Assembly: GCA_030295235.1 (NCBI GenBank)
Contig: AP026162.1
Location: 2,604,001 to 2,668,000, forward strand
Source: Fistulifera solaris
Lineage: Eukaryota
Length of the DNA: 64,000 nucleotides
Direction: 5' to 3'
In this document: in pieces, positions 49,923-63,303 of the stretch
Numbering within the stretch: the stretch's first letter is position 1
Layout of the letters: every line of letters begins with the position of its first letter
The notes under the pieces: generated by a model
What the model saw: only the letters and a program-made list of their open reading frames with translations
What the model was told of the DNA's origin: nothing
The model's database searches: none
Translations under genes and position numbers: made by a program

Positions 49923-51549
49923 ATGGCACGTCGCTTATTCGAACATATCTGGGACGAACATCTGTCGCCCTTGCAAAGGAGTTGCAACCGATCGGCCGGG
50001 ACGGCCTGCCCGTGCCCGTTCATACACTCAAACGCGAACCGAAGCGTCTCCAGGATATCAAGGTGTACCAAAAGACCCGTATTGCGATTTGGCGGGACAA
50101 CGAAACGATGCTGGTCGTCCGCAATTGTCTGTTAACGGATCAACCCTTTGCTCCCACTCTCGCCAAGAATGCGGCCTTCACGATCATGAACGCCGGCATG
50201 TATATGCTCGATTGCAATGTCTTTGGCAAAACAGATGCGGCCATCGCGGAAACGTTAACGTATGGTTCTGGTCGTTGCCGCAACCGAAAGATAAAATCAC
50301 TACATTGGAAATTGGGAAATACGGCAAGCGCGAGGAATACACCGAACACGCCTTTGACTTGACGGCGTTGCAGCCCGAGCAGTTGCAACGCATTCTAAAT
50401 GCGAATCCGACACGAAAGTACGAGCTGTATACAGGAGAGTGGACTCCGGCGCAGTCGGCCGTGTTGGCTTCACGCCCGTTCCCCTTGCATATGACCTTTT
50501 TTGGTCGATTCGAATTGCAAGATGAAGGAACCGCCTTTGTGGATGCCTTGCAACAACGAACGTCGCCGTTTGGATCGCTGCAATTCTATGGATCACCCTT
50601 CAATGATCCCAACTTGGAGCGCCTTCTTCAGCTCGAAAATACTTTTCAAAGGCTTTCTCCCCTGGGTCTCGATCCGAAGTTCAATCGACTGGCCCTATCC
50701 ACCAAAGTCAATGCGTTGGATTACAAGTTTTGCGTGAAGCACTTCCAGTTGAACGATTTCGATACTTTGTCGATCGCCACCAAGGATCTCAGCGTGGATC
50801 TGTATATCGGCAAAGAGGATCCGTGGAAGGAGATTTTGATCGCCTTTTTCCATCGATTGAGTGCACTCGGTCATTTGGAAAAATTCAACTTAAAAACAAG
50901 CTGCAGCGATTTTTATTTCAAGCCGAGTCCGGGGGAATGCGTCGTACCGGTCGTCGACGCTTTGATTCGGGCCGTGACAGCAAATCAGAAACTTTCGTGC
51001 TTGAACCTAAGCTCAGCGTATTGGATCGAGGATCATCTTCCCAATATTGTGAAAGCTCTGGAAGATCATGAGGGCATTCGTCATCTGATTGTGTCTAGTT
51101 ATCCGGTGGAGAAAGATTCTTGGGGTCGAACTTCTTGTCCCTCGTTGATGCGCTTGTTGGAGCGCAACCCGAACATTCGAGTATTGGATAGTTGCGGCAA
51201 CTTGATTACCGACGGATCCAACCGGATGCTCCTATTGTATTTCCGGAATTTCTCTTATCAAGATTCGTTGAGCTTTATGAAAGAGCCCACCACAGTGCGA
51301 CCGTTTGTGGTAGCATACACATTGATGGGATTCGCATTCGCCCAGTTTCCACTCATTACAACCTTGTTGTCACATCATACGGATTTGCTCTGCGAGTTTA
51401 TTGAAGCTCCAAGCCAGGATAATGTTGGTGGAAATAAAGATACTGTTGCACGCCCTTCTCCTCAACCGAACAGTCGTTTAAAGCGCAAGAGAACTAGGCA
51501 AGCGCCACGAGCCACAAAGAAAGCACACGAATTCGGCTGTGATGATTAG
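49923..51549 (+). CDS. Hypothetical protein with degenerate RNI-like leucine-rich repeats; two frameshifts near the 5' end
   Basis: Long coding frame joined from three ORFs; LxxLxL repeats (LGHLEKFNL, QKLSCLNLS, GIRHLIV); basic C-terminus. Confidence 0.65.
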
Positions 51550-51815
51550 ATCGATTTCTTTTTTGGTATAATGGGCCATTTCCTTTTGTCTAGAAAACTT
51601 ATTTATTTGTGTTTAAAAAATACCAGCCAATAAACGTTATGCTAAGGTGATAACTGGGTTTACCATGGTCCAAAGTGTAGGAAGTAGGATACTTTTCTCG
51701 TGACTGGATGCGATGTAAGTCATGAGTTCTAGTTGCCCCCGCCTGCGCGCAGTCTGAGATGATTTGCGCCTTTTTAGAAATAATAATGAATGTCAATAAT
51801 AATCCATATTTTACA

Positions 51816-52239
51816 ATGAATAAGCTTCTCTTCGCCTCACTCGTGCTTTGCTTTCTTTCGGCTTTTATAGAAGCGGAAACCGAAAACGGTCACCGCTCAC
51901 TCTTGTTGCGGAATTTCTTGTGTTTGCCCTTGTTCGACGGCTGCAACTGGAATAGTAACACTGTCGGCAACGGTTCCGGTGATTCTTGTATGGATGATCG
52001 AGGAGTATGCGCTGAAACGACCGAAGGTGGCGTCGTTTGTGTCACCGAAGGACTGGGTGACGGAGATCCTTGCAGCAGATCGAGAGATTGCTCGGGAAAG
52101 TACGTTTTACATTCCGCGTTTTTTTGCTCTTTGACGCAGCTTTTTCTAACTTTATTCTCGTTCATTTCTTTTTTTTAGCCGAGTTTGTATTACGCTCAAA
52201 AATGGTTTCTGCGTGACGCAACTTCGTCGTTCGGATTGA
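51816..52239 (+). CDS. Small secreted Cys-rich protein, subfamily B (B2); intron 52100-52178
   Basis: NFLCLPLFDGCN...ETTEGGVVC...CSRSRDC; exon 2 RVCITLKNGFCVTQLRRSD. Confidence 0.82.
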
Positions 52240-52668
52240 GGACAATTCTGCAACTAAAGATGATAGAAATGTTACTTTTACTGAAAGTAAAGCTCTTTGT
52301 ACAACTCTAGAAAGCGCCCGAAACAACTCTCTCCGAGCCAGAGGACGCCGCTCTTTTCCCATTTTTCCGTTCATCAATTCTACATCCTTTTGGCATTCTT
52401 TCGTTACCTTCTTCAAAATCTTTTCCGAAATCATCGACCAAACTTGAATTAATCACAGCTAAAGCGAGAGCATTCAGGCGGATGATAACGGAAAAGTAAA
52501 CGATAGTGAGAGCGACTTCGATAGACTTGATCGAAAGGCGAGCATGATTAGTTACAATCTATATGTAGACGACAAAGAGAGGTGGCTTGTAAAGGAAACA
52601 CAACGGGCTGAGTGCAGTCCAGAAAATCAAATAACAAGCGATTTAACAATGGGCAACAAAAGTCTTCA

Positions 52669-55600
52669 TTATAGCTCCATACGAGCACCCACCAAACGAT
52701 GCTCCACTTTGTCCACCATTTCTTGGACATGATCGGCTCCCTTGAACATGACTTCACGAGGATCTTGTTGAAGAACGGTGTCAACGGCGACTTGCAGCCT
52801 CTGCTGAGTTGCCTCGTATATGTCCAACGGTTGGTCACTGCCATCTGAGTCTAGAGAAATATCGTCATCTTCATTTCGATCCATTGCGCTGTCCAACACC
52901 CGATATTGTGTCATCCATGGAAAGAGTGCTACTACGGCTAGTTGACGCCACGCAGCTCCTGCGTGTGTACCAAACGTGTCGGGGTGCTTCAATTTCATCA
53001 AATACATCTGCGCTAAGCGTTCCATATAGGGATGTCGATGGGCTTCATGTACCAGCAAGTCTTTCACAAAGTTGGACGGGACGTAGTCAAAGCCATATCC
53101 CAGAAAGTTCACGTCTTCGGCCAAGAAATTGACATCGATCCGGCCTACCCACAATGCCGCTGCCAGCAGAAACTGTAATACCCGACAAAGAGCCGTCGAA
53201 GAAGCGAGACCGAAATACCAACACTCTAGCGCTAATGAACTCACGCGCGCTGCACCGGGTCGAATTCGGAAAAGGAACGATACTGAAAGCTGCGACATCC
53301 CATGGTGAGCAGCATCTTTAGCACTATAGTCACCGAGAGACCAATGGACCATCCAAGAATAAGCAACATGACTTTTTTGCGAGTAGGGCCACTGGAAAAG
53401 GAAGAGGAGGACGCCAAAAATAACTGGGGAGTCGAAATTTGCGATAATGAGGTGTGCACGGGGCGTTAATGTTTAGTCGACAAGTGATCAGACTTACAAA
53501 AGATCAATGTGGCAGATCCAATCATGCACCATACACCGTTTGCCGCGTTCGTGTACACCTACGCACGTTTGAAGTGAGAGCGCATTTATCCTAGAAAAAC
53601 AACAGTACGATGCGTCCCTTGCTATTTGAGATTACTTACCGAGTCGACTCCGCCGCGATACCTGATCAGCGAGCATTGTGTGAGATGTGGGTGGTCCAAT
53701 TATACTTACCGACCAAAGCATTTCAAAAAGCTGACTTACTTGTGGAAATATGTTGAACGAAACGAAGGCAGCACCTGGCTCCGATACTTCAGCACAGTCG
53801 TCGTTGCGCTGGTGGAGGGTTTAAGTCAGATACTGTGGCACATAGCAATTGTTGCTGCATTGAGCGAACGAGCTCAGACGTACCTCGGGATATAAATTAG
53901 GATCAAGAACAGCTGAGCAACCATTGCCAACACAGCTGAAGGGTAGAAAGACCGTTTGATCATTGCACCTGTAGGGAACAGATCAACCACCCAGTTTGGC
54001 GTATCGGCAGGTAAGCTCGCTCTCGCTTCCTCTGCTTCGTCGGCTACTGTTATGACAAAAGAAGCACTGCCACGGCGAAAAAGACCCCCACGACTACCTG
54101 AGCAACCTGCATGATGATCAACCTTGTGTTGATCCACACTCCTTCCGTACTCAAAAGATCTCCGTTAAAAACTCGCTTCCACGTCCAGAAATACCCGCCA
54201 CAAGACTCATACTGCTCTATTTGTCCCAGAAAACTACGAAAGGCATCGCGTTGGGATGATTTTTGTCCTCCTTCAACTACCTTCGAGCTTCTCTGGCGAT
54301 GGCGGTGCAGCAAACGTGCATTTTCGATCATTTTATTCATCTTTCGCGATGCTGCGTACTTCAAACAAAGCTCTCCTCTCACGTTGGATGTCGAAAGGAA
54401 ATATCTTAAAGCACGAAATTTTACCGAGACAATGGACCGTATCCATGATAAAAGCAAGTTCGACACGTACATTGCAACCAGAATCACGCAAATTGCCAGT
54501 GTTATCGCTTGCCCCGCCGCGAAAGCATCCCCTTCTACAATCTTACGCATGTCTTTGTCGTAATCTTCATACGTGCGAACAACAATCAACGGTATACTTG
54601 GCCGCGAACAATGTCAGATGATTGTCAGCAGAGCTCCAAAAATCATCCGCTCTGTGTCTCACGTACCATCCATAAATTGCCGAAAACGTCACAGAGGAAG
54701 TGGTTCGAAAGATATTTGATCTGTATGGGTTGTTACCGTAGCTCATGGGTGCTATAACAAATACACCAGCCACAGACAATAAGACGGCCAGAACCGCCCT
54801 GTACAGGCGTGAGTTTCACGTACATTCAAATGGCATCTAAACGTCGAAAGAACGTACCACGTGACAACTGTAGACGAGACTTGACATGAAAACTTTGACA
54901 GATCGCACCAGTTTGCGCTATAAATTGTTATCACAAGCAGGGACCCACTGCGGAAAACATGGTTAGGACTATGTGGGCAAAGTATATTCTCTCGTTTCGC
55001 TCTTCCAAAAAAAGTCGACTTACTATACAATAAAGCTGTCAAGATTTACAGAAAGGAGTTGTCAGACTACCTGTGACTAAAATGAGAAAACAAACGAAGG
55101 GTCGTACCCGAAGAGGTAAAAGAGCCACACCAAAACGACAGCAATGGATGAAGCATGCGTATCGACGACAAGATCAATGTTGGTTCGCTCGGGCCGAAAA
55201 ACTTGTAGACCTCTCTTTTTCTTGCCGCAGATTGAAAACGTGGAGTGCGGTTCTACTGAAATCTCTTTCTTTGATTGCTCTGCTTCTTCGACATCCGAAT
55301 CTCGGTCCATCACGAATACCTCCCCTGGATCACTTCCGCCAAATACATCTTGAAAGAAGGACGACAGGTCCGTCTCGCTGTCTACATTCCATTCAGTCAG
55401 ATCCGCAGACAGAACGTGCAACCAAGTTTGGGCATCCAATAGGCTGGAATTGCTTTGATGTGCCATTTCTACCATTTCCTTCACTAAAACAGAATCGTTT
55501 GCTCGAACTTCTTCACCATGTCGAAGGAGCAGTCGACGTACTGCCTCCTCCGTAATTTCCAAATAGCGATTCTCATCCCCGGTAACCAGCAGCCTCCATT

Positions 55601-56447
55601 TCTCCGAAATGAAATGGGCATTCGGCAGAGTACTTTCGTAGGCCGCATACATGGATCGGATGGGAATTGCCCGAATCCGGTCCAGACACTTCAAAAATCT
55701 GCCGTAGCAACCATTTCCTCGAGGCGGTGGAAGATGCATGGGCTTTACCCCGTCCTTACGTATTTTTGAAGCAGCTGCAAATGTCGGGATGAGAAGGAGA
55801 GAAACGATCTGCACCAAACTGGAATATCGCCAAGACAGAACCTAAATTGAGTGAAACCTTCGGAAACATCATAGAAAATGCATATGTACTTACTCAAGCT
55901 GACAATGTGAAAAATTCGGCTGGTATTTTTGGTCAACGGTTTGTTTTGTAGTAGGCTCATTCATCAAATAATCCCGCTGACAGTTTGCAACCTCGTCTGA
56001 GTTTGTTTCTATTTGGTTTGTTTCATGCTTTTCGTTTGTTTCATGCTTTTCGTCTTCCCCTATGATATCATCACCGCTAAGGTCAACTATAATTTCTTTC
56101 TCTTCATTGAAACTTCCATTGTCGTTTGCGACTTGACTAGAGGACGCTGGGAGATGATTAGGTGAAAGGAGAATGCTGCTTTGCAGTTGCGATTGTTGTA
56201 TTCTTTCAGGTCCAATTGTCGTCAATCTTAAATCATCACAACCTCCCAGCGAACTTAACAGCTCAGCCAGTTGACTCTGCGAGACTGCTTTGGGTGATAA
56301 CGCATACCGACTTTGCAGGAAACGATGTACATCAATGGAGCTAATGGTTGCCGTTTCGCGCGGAATCGTTTGATGCAAAGCAATTATGTATTCGAGTTCT
56401 TTAACGTCCGCCGCCGCGCCTATTTTTCGTTGAAAATGCAAAGACAT
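52669..56447 (-). CDS. Multi-exon polytopic membrane protein with STRA6 (RBP receptor)-like C-terminus
   Basis: Chain of hydrophobic minus-strand ORFs. C-terminal GRID...D...F...LL.HEAHRHP and WRQL...LFPWM..YR resemble STRA6 motifs. Exon boundaries not resolved. Confidence 0.55.
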
Positions 56448-57684
56448 CTTTCTCGTCCTCCCTGGGTTTCATGAAAGCTAATTTTCAGATGATTTGTATT
56501 GCATGCGAAGCGAATGAGAGGAATAATGACAGCGAAATTCATTTTTTTGTTCTGTTAAAGAAGTCTTCAAAAGATCTTTTATAGCCATGCTTAGCGTTAA
56601 GGCTTAGTTGAAGGACGACGCGACTCGATGCTTGCCGTCGCCGAATTGATAATAACTTGGAGGCATGCGTTGCCAATTCTTCCATGATGTATATTAATAT
56701 AGAGAGTTGAAAGACGACATAACGGAGGGAAGCTATTGGACGGGCATGGATGCCTCCTCCTCTACATCAGGAGCTTGAATTTCAATCCTCGTCACTCTTT
56801 TCATTTCGTACAAGCTGAATGAGGAAGCTGTCATCTTACAGCCTTCTCACTCGTCATGATCAGGATTACAGATTGTTTGTACAACACACAAGAGTTCTCC
56901 AGACACGACCGTTCACTCGACAAGAATACATCATTCTTTGTAGTGGGTCACCTGCTTCCAGATTTACTCACGAGCTAATTCTTGATCGTTGCATCCTTCG
57001 AGCGTGCGTTCTCCATGCAACGCTGGTGCAACTCGAAATGTACGCGGCATACTTCGACAGGATCGTTCGCAATGTGACGCTGCTTTGCTAAACAATCCTG
57101 TAAGGCACAGGCGTACTTTTGACATCGACGTTCATCCTCTTGTGGCGATGGCATGATTGTGAATAAGTTAGCTATGCTTTCTGACGCAAAACGTCTCTCA
57201 TTTGTAAGCAGTTAGATAGCAGTCGAAATCGATTAGAAATAGTTCCATCGTCAATTGTTTCATGGGGCTTATCGAGCAATCGTTTTCTGGTGATGTTTGG
57301 TTGGAAGAAAAATGTGTGCGCATCAAACAACTTACGTTTTTGTCCGCACGTGCTACGTTTTAGACAGCAGTATAGAAATAGAATGTACGCACATAACTCT
57401 CAACAGAAACACGTCTCGGTTACTTAGCAGAAAAATGAGATGCTGATTATCTTTCATAAGCTAAAATTGTCGAGTGAGGATTGAAATTAAGCCATCTCTG
57501 CTTAATTATAATTGTCAACGGAGATTGCCAAGAATGTCTCACCTATTTGGAAGGAGAAAAAAAGTCAACACGCGTTTTCCATTTTTATTTCAAACGAGAA
57601 GACGATGATGAGATGCTAACAGTGACGCTCTTCGACTAGCAATGATATAGAACACGACAAACTCCTTCCTATTAAAGCTATAAT

Positions 57685-59667
57685 ATGAGAAAAACAATAC
57701 ACGCCCTCGCGATTATGTTGCTAAATGCGCTAGCATTACATCTAGTAATCAGTCACGTGCGAAGACGAGAGGAATTATTCATCGACAGCGAGAATGAGTC
57801 TCAGCAGAATGGAATCGTGCAAAGCGACAAACGCCATGATGCATCTATATTCGCTTTCTTTCGTCGTTTGAATAAGTCTAGTGAAAGCAACGTGAAGAGA
57901 TCGCTAATTACACGACATAAAGCACTTTTGCCGACAGAATTACTGCACGAAGAAGAAGTCGTCAATTCGATATCTTCGAGAGATGGTCTCGTGCAATTAA
58001 GCGAGGAAGACGAAAACCATTCGAATGTCGGATTCTTTCCAAAGGGTTTTGCTATTTTCTCTGGTCTTGGAAGAGGAGAGGAGATTGATAGCGAAGAAAC
58101 AGAGACGGAAGACGAGGGCTTGTTTTCCGAAGAAACATCAGATCTTGGTGATGGAGATCAAGTCTCTTTTGATTTTCTGGATCCTCCTGCTGTTATCGAC
58201 GAAGCGGAAGATGCGGAAATAGATACAATCGATACGAGTCCAGATAACGGTTCAGTTGTCGACCGGCCGCAAGCCTTTTTACCAGTTTTTGGAGACGATG
58301 CCTCGGAGAAACATTATCTGAATTTATTTCAACCCGATGATCTACCCGATAAACCAACCGAAGACTCAGATCAATTTCAACCACTGTATAACCTTGAGAC
58401 CGATCCCGATAATGCCCAAGATTACAGTGAGATTTTCCTTTCTGTCTTTGGTACACGGTCGCCGAATCGATCGCCGGCACCGACCGTGGCGCCGTCGGAA
58501 GGATCTTCTCCAGGCCCTAGTCCGGAACCGTCTTCTCAAATTGTAGGAACGCCCATGCCGACTCCTCAATCCAGTTCCGCCAGCTCAGTGGCTCCTACTG
58601 AATCCTTACCATTGTTTACTTTTGCGCCGTCTACGGGGGATGCCCCGACGTCGCGACCGGATGCCTCCGTCACAGTGCGACCCACATTGTTGAACGCCCC
58701 GACGCTGCGACCTGCTACCCCGACGTTGAAACCTACCCTGTTGGATGTTCCGACGGTACGACCCACGTTCACCACCCTGCCTACCGAATCGACGCCTCTC
58801 TTTACACTCATGCCGACCACCGGAACGACAACGGTGCCTTCCAGTCAGACGACAACCACACCGGGTGTTCCAACGATGGCTCCGACAACCTCCAGTGCAC
58901 CGGCGGGTAATAATAGTAATGTCAGCTTGGCTCCGTCGATCGATGGGTCTGTGATAAGCGCTTCACCTACAATCATTTCAGCGTCTAACTCCTCCGCGGC
59001 ACCCACGGGAAGCGGAACGGAAACATTGCAACCGTCGATAGGAAACGCCACACAGGCTTCGAGCTCCAGTAGTCCCACCCTGAGTGTAACGTCCCTGTCA
59101 GCGTCACCGTCTGTGGCGGATAATGCAACCGTGCTTCCGACCCTACCACCGACGTCCACTGCCGCACCATCCATATCTGCGCCGCCGTCGTTTGCTCCAT
59201 CAATCTCTCCGGCTCCGTCTTCCACATTCTCTCCGTCCATTCTGCCATCTGCCGCACCTTCCTTGGCGGGATCGCCGTCGGCCGCTCCCTCGACAACGGT
59301 GGCTCCCAGTGGAAGTCCCACTGTTCCGGAAAGTCTGGAACCGCCGGGGGCGCCATCGATCGCCGCCAGTAGTCCACCGACGGTGCTTCCTACCAACGCT
59401 CCGACCGCCGGTCCGACGGCAGTTCCAACGGCAGCGCCAACCACGGCTCCTACGCTTGTCCCAAGTCCGGCACCTACCGCCAGCCCCACCGCGGCACCAA
59501 CCCCCATTCCCACTCCACAGCCTACCAGCAGTCCGGTCGCGTCAGTGGCTCGTCGCGATGTTCAACTACAGCAATCTACTCTTTCATCATCCTCGGCTAG
59601 TAGGGCAGTTTCCTCTGTACATATCATCGCTGGAATAACAACCTTCATTTTACTGGTGAACTCTTAA
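57685..59667 (+). CDS. Secreted mucin-like Pro/Ser/Thr-rich surface protein, probably membrane- or GPI-anchored
   Basis: 660-aa intact ORF with signal peptide, acidic region, PT/APS repeats and hydrophobic C-terminus. Confidence 0.8.
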   Translation: MRKTIHALAIMLLNALALHLVISHVRRREELFIDSENESQQNGIVQSDKRHDASIFAFFRRLNKSSESNVKRSLITRHKALLPTELLHEEEVVNSISSRDGLVQLSEEDENHSNVGFFPKGFAIFSGLGRGEEIDSEETETEDEGLFSEETSDLGDGDQVSFDFLDPPAVIDEAEDAEIDTIDTSPDNGSVVDRPQAFLPVFGDDASEKHYLNLFQPDDLPDKPTEDSDQFQPLYNLETDPDNAQDYSEIFLSVFGTRSPNRSPAPTVAPSEGSSPGPSPEPSSQIVGTPMPTPQSSSASSVAPTESLPLFTFAPSTGDAPTSRPDASVTVRPTLLNAPTLRPATPTLKPTLLDVPTVRPTFTTLPTESTPLFTLMPTTGTTTVPSSQTTTTPGVPTMAPTTSSAPAGNNSNVSLAPSIDGSVISASPTIISASNSSAAPTGSGTETLQPSIGNATQASSSSSPTLSVTSLSASPSVADNATVLPTLPPTSTAAPSISAPPSFAPSISPAPSSTFSPSILPSAAPSLAGSPSAAPSTTVAPSGSPTVPESLEPPGAPSIAASSPPTVLPTNAPTAGPTAVPTAAPTTAPTLVPSPAPTASPTAAPTPIPTPQPTSSPVASVARRDVQLQQSTLSSSSASRAVSSVHIIAGITTFILLVNS

Positions 59668-60358
59668 AGCAGATTAGCGATGATTCTATCGTGTTTGCTG
59701 GCTTCGAATGCTCTATTTAAATGCATTTAGACGCTAACAAAAGAGCGAGCCGGCGTTTCCAAATCCTTTATTTTCAGGACTGGGATAATCACCCGTAAAC
59801 GAGGATCAAAAAGAAAGAGAGAGGTGGTTCGGAAAATGTGGACAAAACATGGTCGGAGAGCTAATGCTATTGAGTACCGGTCTAGTAGAAGAATGCGGTC
59901 TTCATCCAGAGTCCATGCTCACAATGATAGGGTAGCTGTAATGGAAATATCGCGATAGGGAATAATCTAGCTCATGGTTCGAGAAAACAAGAACGTGGTT
60001 GTAACGTTGATGGCGCGACAAATGGCACTTCTGATCGATTCGTAAAATAGAGAATAAGGCTCAGCGACGTATACGGCCAGTTTCGTACTTGTATGAGCGG
60101 TGCTCAGTTACATTTTAAATATTAAAGCGAAGGAAAAATTACACCGTACTCGTTCATTAGTATCCGTGCTGCTATTATTGCAAGACCACTTTAGAAAATG
60201 CGTGTTCGAGTTCGTGACTAAAATTGCACATAAAGGTGAATAAGCGTACTTATCGCATCATAGTACCATTTCATTGTGGGTCTTGGGACGCCGGCTAACT
60301 CTCTTTTCATTTTCTGCTCACAATCTCATCATTCGGCCATTCTATCATTCATTACACG

Positions 60359-60842
60359 ATGAAATCTTGCTACCTCTCCCTGTGTCTCCTCTTCCTTCTC
60401 ACATCCCACTCCGTTTTTAGCGCCGAAAATGAAGAGGACAGGGATGCTTTTCTGTTCGGCCGCTCTGCTCGGTTTGCCAACGCTTTGTGCTTGCCATTGC
60501 TCGATGGTTGCAACAGAAACAGCCAACTCGTGGACTGTGATGGCCTCGGTGATCCTTGCAGCGATGGCATATCATCATGTGCAAGAACCACCGAGGGCGG
60601 AATAGCGTGTGCCGTTCGAAGCAGCGACAGCGGGGCACTCTGCGAGAGCTCCAGAGATTGCCCAAGAGAGTAAGTACCTCAGTTGTGGCCCTGTTTTTCA
60701 TCTCGGCAGAAAAAACTCAAAGAAGCAGCATTGACTCGGATAATTTAACACTAACACTGGCTTGTCGTCTCTTAGTCAAGTCTGCATCGATATTGGAGAT
60801 TGCAACGACAAACGTTGCTTTAAGCAGTCTCGTCGTGCATGA
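60359..60842 (+). CDS. Small secreted Cys-rich protein, subfamily B (B3); intron 60670-60775
   Basis: FLFGRSARFANALCLPLLDGCNRNS...; exon 2 QVCIDIGDCNDKRCFKQSRRA. Confidence 0.85.
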
Positions 60843-61368
60843 AGGGTCCATCCAGTTCGTGGATAAAAATTATATGATCAAGATAAAGTGAGCTCAGCTC
60901 GTAAGAAGATAACTCTCTTAAATTGTTTCATGCTAGTCTCTTTCAGCAACCCCCTTATAGGCGAGTCTGTCTGTTGATTGTTTTATTTTACAAATAATTT
61001 GGAAACACCTCAAAGCCCGTTGTATGGTCGATTAAAATAGCGATGATGATACTCGTTCCGCAAATTAACATAACTCATTGTTGATTGCCGAGACGCACTC
61101 CTTTTCGTTTGTTCGCAAATCCCTCGAAACTAAATAGAGAGTGCTGTGAGGCGGGAATCATCGTATCTTTAATTGCAAGCGGATCAGCGGAAGCATGAGC
61201 CCGTGAACCGTGAATAAAAACTTGCATAGACGAAGTGAATACAAGTACTTTTCCTTTCATAGTAAACAGGTCCTACGGAACATCCGGCTTTCAGCTCACT
61301 TTTCTTATTTTCCTTAATAAAATAAACAAACAACCATCCTATCAATCTTCGTCTTTATCCATCTCACG

Positions 61369-61837
61369 ATGAAGTTCTCCAACACAGCCATGTTTCTCTT
61401 TAATCTGTCTACATATATCTCTGGTGCTCATGCTTCGAACGACGACAACGACGTTTCTATGTTTGGTCGCTCCTCTCGATTCTCCAACGCTTTGTGCTCG
61501 CCACTATTCGATGGTTGCAGCAGAAGCAGTGAATTAGCCGGATGCGATAGACGGGGAGACCCATGCAGTGGAAATAAATCGGCGTGTGTAAAAACTACTG
61601 AAGGTAATGTCGTATGCGCTGTTAATGACGATGACAATGGAGCCTCCTGCAACTCGTCGGAAGATTGCGACAGCGAGTAAGTACATTGGAAAGACGCACC
61701 GTATCATATTGGCACAATAAATTATAACTGACACAATTCTGAACGTCGACTTCGTTGTTGATCGTTCATCTAGCCAAGTTTGCGTTTCCTTCGGCTCTTG
61801 TTCTCCCAATCAATGCATCAAACAGGCGCCTGGCTAA
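61369..61837 (+). CDS. Small secreted Cys-rich protein, subfamily B (B4); intron 61677-61773
   Basis: SMFGRSSRFSNALCSPLFDGC...; exon 2 QVCVSFGSCSPNQCIKQAPG. Confidence 0.85.
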
Positions 61838-61981
61838 TGTTGATTTACAAGCAAATATTGACAAATAAGAACGATTATTTATGAACTCCAATATGCATGC
61901 ATGCGCCCTTGCATTTGCTGTAGCTCTGTAAATGATCTTGCTTTCACTTGTAGTACTTCAAAAAATGCAAGCGCATGAATA

Positions 61982-62455
61982 CTATATCCCAACCTTCAAA
62001 AAATTGTCGGGGTTCAGACAATTTTTATTTTGCGGTAAAACTCTGAATCAAAAATTGTATACCAGTTCGACAATTTTTGTCACCGTCGTAGAATTTGTAT
62101 GACATTGCTACGTAACGCCGATTTGAGAATGTACCAGCGTTTCTACGTGAAAGACCCGGAAGTAAAAGGCAGAAAAACCTCAAAAATAGATTTAAAAACA
62201 AAACATACCATTCTATTCAGTATTTTCTAATGCATCTAACTGATAAATTTGATCTTTTGTTTATTCATTATTTTGGTCAGAAACTGATGATTTAAATTAT
62301 TTTCCAAAGGGTTAAGGATATGCTGTAGTAGTATTTGTACTTTGTACGTGAGAAAAATTGTCTGGGTTCAGACAATTTTTTTATGTACTAGCTTACGTAA
62401 AGCTACAGAAAATTGTCTGAACCCAGACAATTTTTGAAAAGGTTGGGATATACTG
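61982..62455. mobile_element. MITE-like element with about 44-bp TIRs
   Basis: tatatcccaacctt..aaaaattgtc.gggttcagacaatttt inverted at both ends, with an extra internal copy near 62353-62380; exact ends uncertain. Confidence 0.72.
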
Positions 62456-62818
62456 TTTTGATCGGACAATAATTAATCCTTTCTTTGACGGCTTCATCCC
62501 TTCATGAAGGGTTACACTGGACGAAGGGTTACAGAAGAAGATAAGAATAAGCGTCAGAAGCTGACTTACGGAGTTACGGAGTATATGTTTTCGTTTTGAT
62601 ACGCGAGAAGAAAAATGGATTACGGTACCAGGTAAACCTCTATCCGCGCACGAGCGCATGAATAGCTCGGCAAGATGAATCCGGTACTTATTACGTCATA
62701 GTATTAACGCGGATTCTGGTCTTGCGGAACTCACATAGAATAAAAATCTGCTTAGTCAACGCACTGCGCTTTTCGCTCACATTTTTAAGAAACCAAAGAC
62801 TTTTCTATTGATCGCACA

Positions 62819-63303
62819 ATGAAGTTCTCCGCTGCCTCCACCTTCATCTTTGTTCTTCCCAACTCTATCTCTGCAGCAGACGTCACAAACAAAGACGACC
62901 AGGACGTCTCGATGTTTGGTCGCTCAACCCGTTTCTTCAATGCTTTATGCTTGCCATTGTCCGATAATTGCAATAGAAAAAGTAAAGTAGCCGACTGCAA
63001 TGGGAGTGGTGACCCCTGCAGCAACAGCAAATCCTCTTGTGCAAAAACAGCCGAAGGTGGCGTAGTTTGCATTGTCGACGACGAGGACAATGGGGCCCTC
63101 TGCAGTTCGTCCAGAGATTGCAACAGCAAGTAAGTAGATCAAATATAGCGCCCTGTATCCGTCAGGCGCATATAATCACTACACATGCATGAACTTTGGT
63201 TTTATTGCTAATGACTCATTGTGTAACATGATCCTCCAGTCAAGTTTGCGTTGCTCTCGGAGCTTGCTCTCCCGGTCAATGCTTCAAACAGGAACCCCGC
63301 TGA
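62819..63303 (+). CDS. Small secreted Cys-rich protein, subfamily B (B5); intron 63130-63239
   Basis: SMFGRSTRFFNALCLPLSDNC...; exon 2 QVCVALGACSPGQCFKQEPR. Confidence 0.85.

Noticed and set aside
58845..59638. Long alternative-frame and antisense ORFs over the mucin-like gene
   Set aside because: By-product of low-complexity GC-rich codons.
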